NCBI RefSeq assembly: GCF_031769215.1
Contig: NW_026782003.1
Span: 1,178,001 to 1,242,000, forward strand
DNA from: Ylistrum balloti
Lineage: Eukaryota
Reading direction: 5' to 3'
Length of the DNA stretch: 64,000 nucleotides
The notes under the pieces were generated by a model, which made no database searches, had not been told where the DNA came from, and saw only the letters and a program-made list of their open reading frames with translations. The first letter of the stretch is position 1. Every line of letters begins with the position of its first letter. Of the stretch, positions 12,601 through 25,821 are shown piece by piece. The translations under genes were made by a program, and so were the position numbers.

Positions 12601-15600
12601 CATAGTGTCTATCCTGAGAGAAAAAAATCAAAAACTCCACATCTTATTTCCAATATCAAACAGAAATTCATTACTGATCAATGATAGCTGTATTACAGTG
12701 ACTTTTATAAACTAGTAGTGTAAATAACTGTTACAAAAGTTCAATAATAGTAAAGCAAGTTAAAGTTAGTCATGTCTAGATTTTGGTGCATATTGGACAT
12801 TACGAATTACTCTCATACAAAGAGTTCATGTTAAAGTGGTTATGATAAGTGATTATACAAATAACAGGTATTTTACATGATAAAGATTTAAGTAAAGTGC
12901 ATGTGACTTCATATCATTTGCTTGCATTGTGGCTAAACTCTGAGTAAGCCTCTCTAATCCTGGAAGAGTGTAGCGAAGGGGCATATTTCCAAAAAGGGGG
13001 TATATTTGTGGCAAATACAACATGAGTAAGTATAAAGTGAATGATATTTTGATATTAATGTACAATATAACTACAGCATTACTGACCAGTTTTCATTGGA
13101 AAGCCCCATGCCACAGTGAGCAAGGGCTCTGAGAGCCTCCCCTAGACCTCCTCCTAAATGGTTTGTACAACGCCACACATCCAAAGCATGCCAGAGTGTG
13201 GGGCTGAGGTCATGGACACTGCTACTGATGGCTCCACTGTGTGCAGAGAAGCTGGTGTTATCCCTCGTGTCAGCTTTGGTACTCTCATTACCCACAAATG
13301 ATGCATCCCGACTCAAAGGCTGTAAGGGAGGTAAAGTCAGATCATGTCAAATTTGGTTTATACTAAACAAACAAAGGAGAAATTGAAAGTCAACCATACA
13401 TAACATTCATAAACTGTCATGGATTTCACCATAAAACAAAACCAATCCAGAGGATAGAATCTATTTCATTGGAAAATGAATGGGGAAGAGACTCTATTGT
13501 ATAGAGAAAACACTAAATTTCCTTTACAACTGCAAGTTCATATTTGTTAAAATGCATTCTACCATCTTTTGGTCTTTCATTAGAGATACTAATAATCCAT
13601 TTTTCTGTAACAAGCTTAATGTCTTACTTTGAGTCAGAGTTAATGTTGTGGTTCCCTTGGCCTATAAAAGGCTAATTAAAATATGTAGATCACTGCTAAT
13701 CAAGACATTTAATAAAAAGATGATAGCATACCCGACTAGGTCTACTCAGAGGGGTGCGAGGTTTAGAAAAGATGTCACCCTCCTTGATCTCTCCTGGCTC
13801 CATCTGTGCATCGGCCATGATGATCTTCCCCACAGTGATGATAAATCTTAAGCACAGAAGTGCATTAGGATAGGGGTTGTAAGCCTCCTGGCATTCTCCC
13901 AAACCTACAATATACAATAATGGCAAACTCAGACATAGAAACAGTGGAAGCTTTGTATCCAGATAATCTTACAAATTTTCCTAAAAAATTGTAGTATACA
14001 GCAGGGAAATGAATCCTAGATCAGTGACATAGGGGCAGTGCTGGGTACAAAGTGAACACCATTTGACACAATCTCTGGTTCTACTACAAGTTTACATTGC
14101 ACATCTCACATATTTTTCCTTCTCTTAAAAATGGTACCAAATTGACATTAATACCAACCAATGAAATTTCGTATCAAGACAGGGTCTTCTTGTAATAACT
14201 TTCTCACTGGACAGCATGCAGGAGGCAAGTTACATGCTTTTAAAAGCAAATGGGGCAGACTAAATGTGTCTTATCAAAGGACACATTCATAAGTGCACAA
14301 GTTTGTCTGTGATCTCCACTTTCTGAGAAACACAAACTGTAATTAGAGAGTAGGGATTGTACTGCCCTCTATAAGCTCAGCCAGCTCAGTCCCAAATTCA
14401 AACAAGAATACAAATGAACTGTAATACATAGAGATTACCAAGTTACAGACCATCAAGGTAGGTGAACAGTCGACTTTTGAATTCATTCTGTCCCTGAAGT
14501 TGTCCAGCCATGTGATGGTAAAACAGCCTAGTGAAGGTCAGCTCACCCATCTGTAAGTAAAGAAATACACTGCTATAGCTACTGTCCATACGCTATGTAA
14601 CACCCATGTGAAGACAGATTTAAAAGAAAGATATGATTCACTAGGGTGTAGATGAAATATTTCAAGTTAAATTTGGGACTCTGTGATACAAATTATGATA
14701 CAAGGAAGGGTTATATTGCAATTGTTTCATTTTGAAAGTTATGGCAGAGAACAAATTCTAACAATTATCTTACACACATTATCTATACAATTACCTGTGT
14801 TAAAATCTGCTTTATCTCAATCAAATTTAACCTGACATTTATGTTTTGTACATCTTTCATATATCATTTACATAAACAACTTCCAAATTTAATAGAAAAG
14901 TTACACAAAGTATTTCCTAAGAAAGCCTGACATAAGTGATAATTAAAAGTAAAGACTGTCATAATGTGGGAATCAGCAAGAAAACTATCTATCCCATGTG
15001 GTTTTAAGTTGATTACAAAGTACATGAGATTGGAATGAGAGATTAAACACAAAAATGATTGATTTTCAGAAACATTACCAACAAACTCATGTTTGTGAAA
15101 CCCACAGTCCTGACACTCATGTGTGAGCATCAAAACCATTGGTTACCAATGATGTTGAAAATGGAGTCCTAGATCTAGAATCCCCTTTTGTTTTGTTGGT
15201 GCCAAATTAGGTTATGATTAAAATGATTAAGACAAGTAGGATTTATCACAGAGACTGAATTGTCTACTTCACTTGATACTCACCTTGAGCAGTTTGATTT
15301 CTCCTGTTCTGAGATAGGGTTGGTGTACAGAGTCTGTCCTCAGCCAGTATAACATGGTCTCAGCCAGGAAAAACAGAGCTGGGATGTGATACTTCTCAAG
15401 TGGGGACTGGTCAAGGGAGATAATCAATACATCCAAACACTCTGTTGGTAAAAATGTATAATGGGATTTAATTACACTAAGTATTTAAAGCAAATTTCAT
15501 CATACTGTTTTATCAAATGAAGAAAACATTCAAGATTTATATACTGCATTGTATTTAATCAAACATTGTTCATCTACCAGTCATTTATTTCATTATTCAC

Positions 15601-17016
15601 TATCACCAATAGAACTTGATCAATTTCCTCTTCATCTTGTTTTGAATTGCCTATAAATGGATGAAGATGTCTATAGAAGTCATATTGTTACTCCTTGGGT
15701 AATTGTGCGAAACACCAAACAGATACAAACATCAGTACCAGTAATGATTTTCCATTGGATCCATATCAAATGTCTACTTACCATCCTGAATCTTGCCTTT
15801 ACACTGTGCCAGCTGAGCTAACTCTGTCCATGCCATCGGCAGATTGACATGTTGTCCATTTCCTTTATCTCGTAGTCCTGCTCTCCTCTGTAGAAATAGG
15901 GATCATTATAGCTAACCAAAATCTTCATGTGGATACAGTATATACATATGGCTCAGTACCACGACAGGGTGTATTCAAGAGCTGAATATTTTTTCTCATT
16001 TGTGGTAAGGCATACTTTTAAGTTAGAATGACTGACCTTTATACCGTTAACATAAAATGACTGACCTTTGCCCTTTCTAGCATCTTCTGTGCAGTGGTTT
16101 CTAATTGTTGTTTTTCTTCCAATCCTTTAACCTCATTGTATTGTTTGATGAATTCTTCTGTCACTTCCAGTGGATTTCGGCTTGTTAGAATAAGAGAGAA
16201 GTTATTTTATAAAAGTTGTAATAGATTACATAATATCAAATGGGCATTTCTGAAGGTAACATCTGTCATTGTGACATGATTGCTTTTTCAATCAATTTAT
16301 CAAGCATAATTGTTAGAAATAAGATAGATATAGATATCAACCTTACTTTTCAGCTAGAAGCATAAAATATTTAATCTATATTGTTAGAATATTTGTTAAA
16401 ATTTTTATTGGGAATGGTACTAACTCATACAGTAAGATATAAATTTTAGTGAAAATACATTGTTGGTTTCTTTTTTCCAGTGAGAAATCAGTCACAATCA
16501 CAAATGCTTCATTTATAATATGCAATAATACACCTAAAAACTGTGTGATGTACCTAAGTAAAAATCTGTGAAAAAATGTATTTTTAGCTTTAGGAATTGT
16601 CGTATTGTCGACAGGTAAAATCTATAAATGAGAAAATGAGAAACAAATTAGAAGAATTTACAAGTAAAGGTTTAGCTCATTGTGATGATTTATTCAATTC
16701 TTTTCATAGTTATCATTACCGTTATAGAAGCAAATTCTCTCACTTACATTATTGTAAAGGCTGTCTGATTTCACGTAATAAACAGGTAACATAGTCTATA
16801 AAGAAAAGTCTTTTTGGGTGATATTAACAAAATTTATCAAATTTGGACAACTGAAATCTTTACAAATCTAACTCTTTACCTTGTCTGTACTACAACTTTC
16901 TGGCTCTGGACACTCTGGAGGTAGGTTTGTTTGAGAAGTCTTTCCTGAAGCTCCAGGCGCTGACTATGGGAGATGATCCCAAACTTGTGGGAGATTGGAA
17001 TTTTTGTGATTGGCAT
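3699..17016 (-). CDS. TMEM232: Transmembrane protein 232 (TMEM232), 14 coding exons, about 842 aa
   Basis: Exons 16880-17016, 16066-16180, 15782-15887, 15284-15441, 14451-14550, 13732-13904, 13087-13319, 12465-12613, 8738-9186, 8149-8386, 5230-5411, 4724-4944, 4201-4294, 3699-3872. All are GT-AG and phase-consistent (2529 nt). Peptides match recalled human TMEM232 blocks: [95 protein letters not shown]. Confidence 0.93.
6517..7121 (+). CDS. Uncharacterised 130-aa helical protein, 2 exons, nested antisense in a TMEM232 intron
   Basis: Exons 6517-6607 and 6820-7121. Strong Kozak context (accATGG), donor G|gtaggt, pyrimidine-rich acceptor ttttcag, phase 1/2 consistent, AATAAA at 7452. Product MDHKDIACLALELRTLLVAHDKAFTQIQLIDIKLSDLEVKVLSAHAEGQQGLQLHLLNRKSVIEGVRHAFHQYRVDKWNQIRTLSKLII... 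Confidence 0.72.
8575..8745. repeat. Degenerate 41-bp tandem repeat spanning a TMEM232 splice donor
   Basis: acttactggtaggt recurs with donor G at 8737, 8696 and 8655 (41-bp period), with weaker copies toward 8580. Confidence 0.75.
10990..11922. repeat. 40-bp minisatellite, about 23 copies, intronic
   Basis: Unit agtgccaggaagtgtggtgtacaacagtgagatgtacagg with variant subtypes; period 40 read directly at 11101/11141. Confidence 0.97.
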
Positions 17017-17484
17017 GGTGTCCTGTTAGCTATTTCACTAAAAATGAGACATGTTTTAACAGGTGAAAAAAGTTTCGTGAGATGGTTTAAGATAAGTGTT
17101 CTTACACATTTTAGGCAAAAAAAAAAAAAAAAAATGTCTAGTTGATATGATTGAATGTAAGAAAATTTACTGATGAAATCATGGCAAGATAACACATCAA
17201 TTATGCATAAATGAACCATATTGCTGACAAATAAACTTAACATGTTTTGACATATAATTTCCAAAATCATGATTTATGTTCTGGCTTATTGAGCTACTAG
17301 TTTGATTTCGCTTAACTTTGATTTATGTTCACATATTGGTATTTTCTTGATGTTTTTAGTGTCCTGTCAACACATTTAGTACATTTACACTTATACGGGT
17401 CATTTTATAGTTCCATCCCAATGAAATGTTATGTTAAAAGTATATTAGGATGGCAGCCTCTTAATCCATTGATTTTTGTATCTT

Positions 17485-17740
17485 CATCCTCAATAACCAA
17501 GGGGTTAAGATCACATTCACTCTCTGTACCCCTGGAACATGTCTTGGTGAAATTGAAGGTTCCATGTGTAACACCCTGTGAACAACATGAAAAGACTAGT
17601 TTCTTGAGGTCACATAACCTTATATTGTAATGGCTTTGAAGTTAGATGTCGCTTCTCTGTAATCTTCAAAAATTTTGCCAAAACATGTCCCAGGGGATCA
17701 GAGTGCGAAATTGACTGTAACCCCTGGAGTATCCAGGATG
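17485..17740. repeat. Imperfect inverted repeat (about 70-bp arms, about 115-bp spacer)
   Basis: The reverse complement of 17485-17553 aligns to 17671-17739 with 51 of 69 identities by hand count. Confidence 0.7.
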
Positions 17741-19020
17741 GTCAATCTTGGGACAGCTTTACCCGCATAAGTCATCTCTTGCAATCATGTATTGGACATT
17801 AAATAATGCAATTCTTAAATGCCAAACATACAGTACAATGAGCCACTGGGAGTCAACTGGCTGCATGGTCCAATTCCCTTATACTCCTCCCACCTTTTCT
17901 GTGTCTTGTTCCCACATGGATATTGTAATTACCGATAACATTGTTTACAACTCAAGTTTGGATGTTTTTTGACTAAATGAACACAAGGAATTGTGGTAGG
18001 GTCCACTGCATTGGGATTTAGGGAAAGCTTCAAGACTGGATTTTTACCACAAATGCTTTGTTAGATTCTAGATATATGCAAATTTTGTGAAATGAGGTTC
18101 TTTGACAAAAGCATAAAAGAACAGAGGAAAATACACATTCCTGCCTAGTACCCTAACAAAAAATGAACTCAGGTCTCCGACATGATAATCCTTTTACACC
18201 AGTATAGTTAGCTGGCCAGGTCCAACAATGATATCATGCATATAGCAACAACTGTATTATATTGTTCTGTGATTGTCCAGTGGTATTCTAACTACATTTT
18301 TGTAATTCTAATGTCATATATATCGCCATTTTATTACTTATGTGTACATATTAGTAATTTCCAGAAGAGTGCTCTCCAATTTATACGAAATTTATAAAAG
18401 AAAGAAAGAAAATGAAGCGCTATATATATAATGCCCATTTATGATCGTAATAAAAACCAGACTACATTTTATCAGTTACCTGTATCACAGTAAAAAAGTA
18501 ATGTCACTCCGGATGAGATCGGCCATGCGACCTCTAGCTTATCAGTAAAGGAGTCCGGTCTCTATCAATAAAGCTAACGGGAAAACCCTCTATTACCACT
18601 AGTACAATCAAAACAACCCGTCACATCTGTCTAAGATAATTATTTTAACACATGCCCAAGGTAAGGCCTCTATTGCCAACCTCCCACGCAGTGATAATTT
18701 ATTTCATATAGGAGAATGACCAACAATGCATCTTAAATTCAATTTAGGAGCATTGCGATACTTGATTATCCTGTGAACTGGACGTGCGGTTTACCAGTTG
18801 TTTACAGGTCAGGTGCACGTAAAATCGAATTTACCGCAATCCTCCTTTATGTTCAGGAGAAGATGACAGGAAACTTATACTACACTTTCAATAAACTATA
18901 TTACACATCATGTAAAATGAAAATATGAAACGGCGAAACAGAGTTTTGTACATGGCATTTTACCTGTAAAGTTTTGATGCGTAAAAAGTGCATAACACTT
19001 AGCAAATTCTCAACCCACGT

Positions 19021-19121
19021 CCGCCATATTGTTTGTTTCCTTGGATTTTCTTATTTGCGCATGCCTCTGAATCCGGAAGTACACCTGTCTTTCTAAACTA
19101 CCAACCGAAACACGTGCGGCG
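19021..19121. promoter_or_regulatory. Bidirectional promoter TMEM232/LYRM7
   Basis: CpG-enriched. YY1-like CCGCCATATT at 19021, NRF1-like GCGCATGC at 19057, ETS CCGGAAGT at 19073, E-box CACGTG at 19111. LYRM7 ATG at 19122; minus-strand donors near 18964 and 18479 are probable TMEM232 5-prime UTR exon ends. Confidence 0.65.
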
Positions 19122-22100
19122 ATGTCTGTTGCAACCAGATACAGGGTAAGATTTGTTGTCATATATACATGTCCAGATAATACTGTGACATTTTTGCTTA
19201 GTATCAAGTATGGTACCTTCTCGCTTACGTTATGAAGTGCATATCAGACCTATTTTTTTTTCCAGCGTACAGACCAAGGTCAGAAAATAAGTTTCATAAA
19301 TGACCATGAACAACACAGATGCAGAGGTTATCATGTCATGATAGTATTGACCGACGAGGTTGGTACACGTGCTGATACTGTACTGTTGTATTTGTATTAG
19401 GAAGTAGTGATGAAAAATACCCTGCACCCGGAAGGCCTCTCTGTCTTTAGCCAGACAATCTACCTCTCGATTAAAGGGCAAATTCCTTTTAACCAACGCT
19501 AGTAGTAGTAAGGAGACCAGTACTTTCCAACTCCTCACTTCTACCTTCTTCACAAAGTCTTTTATTCCGAAGACAACAATTCTGGTTCAATATCTCCAAG
19601 AGCATCTCAGTCTTCCAGCTTCTACCCTAGGCCTTGTAGTCAAAATTATTCTGATGTTCCGTTGACTTTTTATATCGGTCAGGAGTCCGTGCACATCAGA
19701 TATAAATACAGATGATAGAATGGCTCAATAATAGAGACTTCTACATTGAAAGTGGTTATCAACACCAAATTGATAACAGGAATGCGTAATGAAAAAAAAC
19801 ATGCACCCGACAGGGTTTGAACTAGTGACCCTTTAGTCTCTAGCCGGACACTCTACCACACAACTAATTTTTTTATGTCAACCTGAAACTGTACAGCAGA
19901 AAAGTATAGAGTATGATTGTTGATCAAGCTGTACTTGTAATCGGTTGTGATTTCTCATTTTAAATTAATATTATCACAAAAAAGTAAAATTTGAGTGCAC
20001 TTTCTTCCCTAATCACCCTGGCTTAATCATATAAACACAAATAACAAAAAAATAGGTCTGCTGCAAAGTAGCCATTTTAAGCTTAGATAGCTTGAGAATT
20101 TTATTCACATTGATCAAAGAAAACCAGGTTAATCTATTCAAATTTTATATGTAATATCAATTTGGTTTTAACTTGTTCAGAAGGATCTACAGGATGGGAC
20201 ACCCTAAATTTCAATGTTTGATAAGGAGCCTATATTTCATGAATACCAAATGGATCATTAGGTTTTCCTCACTCCTTGTTTTTTAAATCTATTTCAGATT
20301 AGAAACAACTATTGGTAAATGCAAGCAGTAATAGATATATTTCTCAGCTTACATCTGATTTTTAAGTTTTATGAGAAATCAAAAGCTTTTTGCATGCTCC
20401 CTTACTTTGTATACCAGATTACCAGATAACAATTTTGGCTGACAGAAATCAGAAATCATTTTTGATGTTCATTTTTTTTTTCATACTACTTGTCTAGTCT
20501 GAAGATTTGGTGATGAAATGTCTTTTTACCATATTTATGTAACAGAAAAGGCAACAAGATTAACTGCCAATAATTTTGGGACATTTACCAGGTAGTTCTT
20601 TACTTCAATTCCTGTTTTATCATCACACAGGTAAGTATTTATATCAATTCCTGTTTTATCATCACACAGGTAAGTATTTATATCAATTCCTGCACAATAC
20701 TATAGATCAGTATCAAACCTTGGAACTTTGGCTTACTATGGACTATTGCTGAACCATTGAAGCTGAAAAGTTCTTTCTAGCCATGTCAATCAAAACTCCT
20801 ATGTTGGACCTAGATTGCTTGACCAGTTGAGCTATGTTAAAAGTTCTCTGTAACCAAGCATAATATTGTGGCTAATACATCATGTACTGGGATTAAAAAA
20901 ATTAATGCATTTGTTTTATATACTGGTATCATTTCAGGTTTTGCAGTGCTTTCGAAAACTACATAAAACAAAGTATGCTGTCTTCCAAGATGATGATTTT
21001 GCAATAAAAGGTATCAACAATTGTAAATGCATGTACTGTATCTTGGATCTGGGAAAATCGTGCACCACAGTTTAAATTTCACCTGTTTTATCCTTTAACA
21101 AATGGGACAAAAATAAAAAGGGATTATATTTCAAGGGAATTTGAAACTGAAAAAATGAAAAGTTCAAGTCAAAGATGAAAACAACCTTGAGCAAATGTTT
21201 TAGGTATACAGTTTATATAGAATATTTCACATGTTAAATATTGAACAAATACCTTAACATAAATATTTACTTTGATAATCTACAAGTTTTTTTTAACTGA
21301 TTCGCAAAGTGAGATAAATTACTGATCATGCAGAGTACAAACAGAATATTTCCTGTCGAGAAATTCCAACCTCTTGCATATGATTCAAAGGTAAATTGAT
21401 GGATCTGAAAGTTATATAAATATTAGATAATATATTTGTAGTATTGGAACTTGTGTTAAATTCTATACATAGTTTATAAATGTGTGGACTGAAGATTTTA
21501 TCAATAATCTTATGTTTCAGAGACCAGAAAGAGGATCAATGATGAATTCAGAAAGGGAAAAAATGAAACAGATCCAGAAAAGATCGAAGAGGTAATGTCA
21601 TGATATAAATTATTTATGCGTGTGCTGTCCCTGTTGGTTGCATATTAAATTTACTCATTTCGTATTTATGAATAAGACTGTCATCTCAGAGAGATTTGTA
21701 GTTAACAGTGTTATTTGTTCCTGCATTGAAATGAACTTTTAACACAAAAATTCATTCAACACTTTATCCACAATACAGCTGTATTTAAAGGAGGCTACAT
21801 GGTTTTGTTTTAAAAGTTTGATTAACTAAGATATTGTGTGATATCAAAGTTCTACTTGTAAAACTCCTTTTGATGATCAAATTTGAATTTATTTGTTAAA
21901 GCTGATAAAAGTTGCTGAGGATGCTGATTTGATACTCAGGAAAACTGTCATACAAGCCAGACTAGTAGGAGAGAACAGATACAGTGAGTAGATGCGTTGC
22001 CGATACAATTTTGCCACATTTTAATGATTTTCTGAAAAATACTACATTGTTCCTTATTCAAACATTGTTCTGATAGCTCCTCTTTTTGATTGGTTGGGAG

Positions 22101-22460
22101 GTGCTGTACTTATACTCTTGCCTTTCATCAAGGCGTCCGGGTATGGGTCCGTAACCTGCCTGATCATGTGGGTTTTCTTCAGGTATGCAGGTTTCCCTTA
22201 TCTATATATTGTTGACTTGTTGTTTCTGTTAGTATTACCAGCTCCTGGTTATGTAATATTATGTTGGATTTTATTAGTTAACATTACCTTTACCTTTTCC
22301 TTCAGGATTACGGATAACAAAAGATACACACCTTGATGATACTTACCCCTTCGATCCAAATGCCGTTCTTCCTGAACCATTGTCAAAACGAAAAGGGAAA
22401 CGTGCTCAAAAGACTTGTGAGGAAATTCAAAAAGAACTTGATGAAAAACCACCATCTTGA
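19122..22460 (+). CDS. LYRM7: Complex III assembly factor LYRM7 (LYR motif protein 7), 5 exons, 134 aa
   Basis: Exons 19122-19145, 20938-21010, 21521-21591, 21902-21983, 22306-22460, phase-consistent (405 nt). MSVATRYRVLQCFRKLHKTKYAVFQDDDFAIKETRKRINDEFRKGKNETDPEKIEELIKVAEDADLILRKTVIQA matches recalled human LYRM7 (VLQLFKTLHRTRQQVFKND...KINEEF...[23 protein letters not shown]). AATAAA at 22967. Confidence 0.92.
19380..19680 (-). mobile_element. Degenerate L1/Tx1-like LINE ORF2 C-terminal fragment
   Basis: Shares ggttcaatatctccaag-agcatctc with the copy at 31460. Broken translation (GRLRCSWRY, KDFVK, NLPFNREVDCL) resembles the post-RT region of L1/Tx1 elements. Confidence 0.45.
19801..19867 (-). 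mobile_element. tRNA-derived SINE head or tRNA pseudogene remnant
   Basis: Minus strand reads TAGTTGTGTGGTAGAGTG...AGTTCAAACCC, with A-box-like and B-box-like motifs at tRNA spacing. The cloverleaf is degenerate. Confidence 0.45.
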
Positions 22461-23089
22461 TGATGTTCATGAATGAAATCTTTACATTGAAAAAAGAAAA
22501 TGTTTTTATTTTACAAAGAATAAGATATGCTTAACAAGCTGGTTGAAAACCGATTAAAGATTTGTATCAAACTTAACCAAATTCAGTATGGCAGATCATC
22601 AAGAAACAGCCCTGTGTTGAAGTATGATACCATTATATGTTATCTTTGTGAGTTCTGATGAATGACGTTAAGACTAAAAATCATCTTTTTGTGTCTTAAT
22701 GACAGTAGGTTTGTTCATATCCAGCATGACCAAATTGTTGTTATTATTTCCTTGAGAAAAGAAGAAATGATTGAATTTTGACAATTTTGATAAGTGTGTT
22801 TGTCTACACTATATAAATATTTCCGAAAGGTTATTGCAATTGTATTTAGAATTACTAAGTGTTGAATATTTTGAAGTGAACAAATTCACTAAATGCTTTA
22901 TATTTATTGTATGTGTAAATATTGACCTGTATCATCTTGTATATCAACATCTTGTCATGAATTTACAATAAAATATTTGTTTGTTTTTTTTTGTCTTTTA
23001 TCATTTATCAAAGTAAACAAATCTAAGGATCATCAACTGGTGAATGTTTTCTTGAAAAGTAAGTGTTGAATATGAAGGTGTAATGAACC

Positions 23090-23175
23090 ATGTCCTGCCC
23101 CGTAGGGACTCAAACTGGAAACCTTTTGCTATCAGAACACACACCATACTATTTGGCTCAAAGGAATCCTGCTAG
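23090..23175 (-). mobile_element. tRNA-derived SINE head remnant
   Basis: Minus strand reads GAGCCAAATAGT...CAGTTTGAGTCCC, with degenerate A and B boxes. Confidence 0.3.
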
Positions 23176-25821
23176 TCAAGATTGGTAAAGTGACCCGTAC
23201 TCCCTTTTCCACGAGTCTTATCCCCTGAAGACAACCATAACCCAACTTTATATCTGCAGTGATCAATGCACCAAATCTGTCATAAAACAGAGTTTAAATA
23301 AATGTGTTTCACCACTAGTGATGACTAGTAAGGAAACCCGTACTCTTCACTTCCACAATTGCAGGTGGAATGTATATTGTAAGCATAATTAATTTTCTTC
23401 CGTTACCACATCTGATTTAGAGGTTAAGCCTCAAATCATATTGACCTTTATATGTAACACAACCTTGACTTTAGGTACTTGCTTGAATGTAATACACAAC
23501 AGTGTCTGTTTATTGTTCATCCATACATTTCATTAATATGCCTTCTGGAGTCTAAAGTAATGGACCAGCTGAAGGAAAAAAATTAGATTATTAATTTTAA
23601 TGTGACTGACCTTTGAGGTATCAACCAAAAATGGTTTGCTACACACAACCTTGTCATCATACTTACAGATATGTTATATACCCATATTACTTCTATTTGG
23701 TCTACTATCAATGAAAATGGCCTTAAACCTCAGGATAACTTTGAAAATGGACATGGGGACAGCAAATAGGTATACCCTGGAACCTTCTTACCTCTCTGTA
23801 TTTATTTCTATATAATATCATTGATTTATCTTCACAAAGTTTAAAATCAAGGCCTGAACAATGGATTTGATATCTAACCTCAATGAAGCCTTGACCTACC
23901 CACAGTAAGACATTGTAGTCCTGAAATTGAATTTGACCTTGATACCAATCTGACCTTGGACTTGCTGATACTACATAGTTATGCAGTTTTATTTCAAATT
24001 ATTATCATCAGTGTTTACAACGTTATGGTCTAGACAGCTTCTTGGATGGACTGAAAGAGTGCAAACTATACAACAGTGAAACAAAAGCAAACAACAGTAT
24101 GCTCAACCAAATTTTTTCCTGCAAGGTGATATTATGTACAAGTAGATATCATTTTTTAAATCATTTTATTTCTTGTAATTCTAATAATAGTGAATTTCTA
24201 TCAAAGATCACCCATAAAGGATACACATATAATGGCCATGGATAACACACATACTGAACATTCACTTTTCATTGCATGTTTAATGACAAATTCATAGGTC
24301 TTTTTATGTCTTTAATGTAGCCTTTCTTACATTTCTCTTCTGTCAGTTTTCCTGGATTTTCTTGACATAGTGCATATGTACTTGTGATATTTCTATTATT
24401 ATAGCATTGGACAGAGGTTAAATGATTTCAGCTTAAATTATTTCCAGTAGTTGATTCTTTAGAGTTCCAGTTATTTAGTTTTAAAACTGTTTGAAATTCA
24501 TGAATGTTGATGATGTGAACGTACAAAGGGTATTATACTACAGGCACACTTAAAAAAATATCTTAAAGCCAAGTATTTTGATATTTGTACAATACATGGA
24601 CAAGTGATATTACTTGACCATGGGGACCTGAATACTGATATTTGTTGAAAGGATTACTTGTGATCAGTCCCAATTACAATGACGGTAACTATACATTGAT
24701 TTATCTCCGTTTACAACTTGGAAAGTTTTTTGTAATGACAAACAAAAGTATCATAAACAACAGTATCATTATTATTTTCCTTTATTACAAAAATCAGGTT
24801 AAAAATTAACGTTATTTTACACTAAAAATACATGAAGAATATTTACATGACTGACTTCATAATATTTACAATAATTGTGAACAACAGGAAAATGGAATAC
24901 AAATGAATGGAATGCACATTTGAAATGAAATTTTGAATTCATGGTTACACAAGTTTTGATATCACTGAAAAAATATAAATTTATTCTGATGATATTTTAA
25001 AATGAAAATCATGATTCATTTCTCATGATGATAAAAAGAGGTATTTCAGAAGAAATATTTGTTCACAAACAGATTTACCTAGTATTTCAATTCATCACAT
25101 TTAACTTCTTGGGTCTTAAATATTCTTGAAGAAAAATTCAAATGAAATGTAATGAAAAAAATAATTTTTGATTTAAAAGATTATAAAATGAATCATTCTT
25201 AAGAAGGTCTTTCAGAATTTTGTGAGGACCAGCGTTCTATTTGTACATCATCATATCTTGAGATTCACATGCTGGTAACAAAAGCGTAGTTTCACCTTTT
25301 AAAACAGAAGTCAATTACATACCGTAGATGTGTTTTTCTACAATGATGACCTAAGCACAGTACATTGTAGAACTACAATGAATTATAAGATGAAATCTGT
25401 GATGATTATTTACACATGTACTTTAGAGAACTATATATTGCCATAAACATAAATGTTTCACATTCTTTCTTCCATGTAAAATTATTATATAATCAAACTC
25501 TTGATTTCTGTATGATATACATTTCTTTTTCAAAATTAAGTATGATTTCCTGAAATTAGGCCAAAGTATTTAAGTACAGGCTATGATAACTAAAACTACA
25601 TTATTTCAGAATGCAAAACATGTACCTTATTTTTAGTACTATAAATGTTATATCTGGTAAATATATCCTGATACTTCCATTTATATCTTCTCTTTTTGAA
25701 CAGCTATACTTCCTTGTGTGTTTCTTCCATTTCTAGAAATGGCATAATGTTAAAAGATCTTGTTTATCTTGTAGTTTACAAAGTAAGTACAGAGAAGACA
25801 AAAATTTGGCATGGGAGGTCT

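Noticed and set aside
17850-17940. VIGNYNIH (endonuclease-like) and nearby LTILDTPG (GTPase G3-like) peptides on the minus strand
   Set aside because: Isolated short matches in different frames, interrupted by stops, with no supporting motifs.
19230-19553. 107-aa ORF with a hydrophobic start as a nested gene
   Set aside because: Better explained as a decayed LINE fragment paralogous to 31280-31830.
24986-25020. Hammerhead-like CUGAUGA...GAAA...UUC motif
   Set aside because: Stem II is AU-only with no loop and stem I does not pair; likely chance in a very AT-rich 3-prime UTR.
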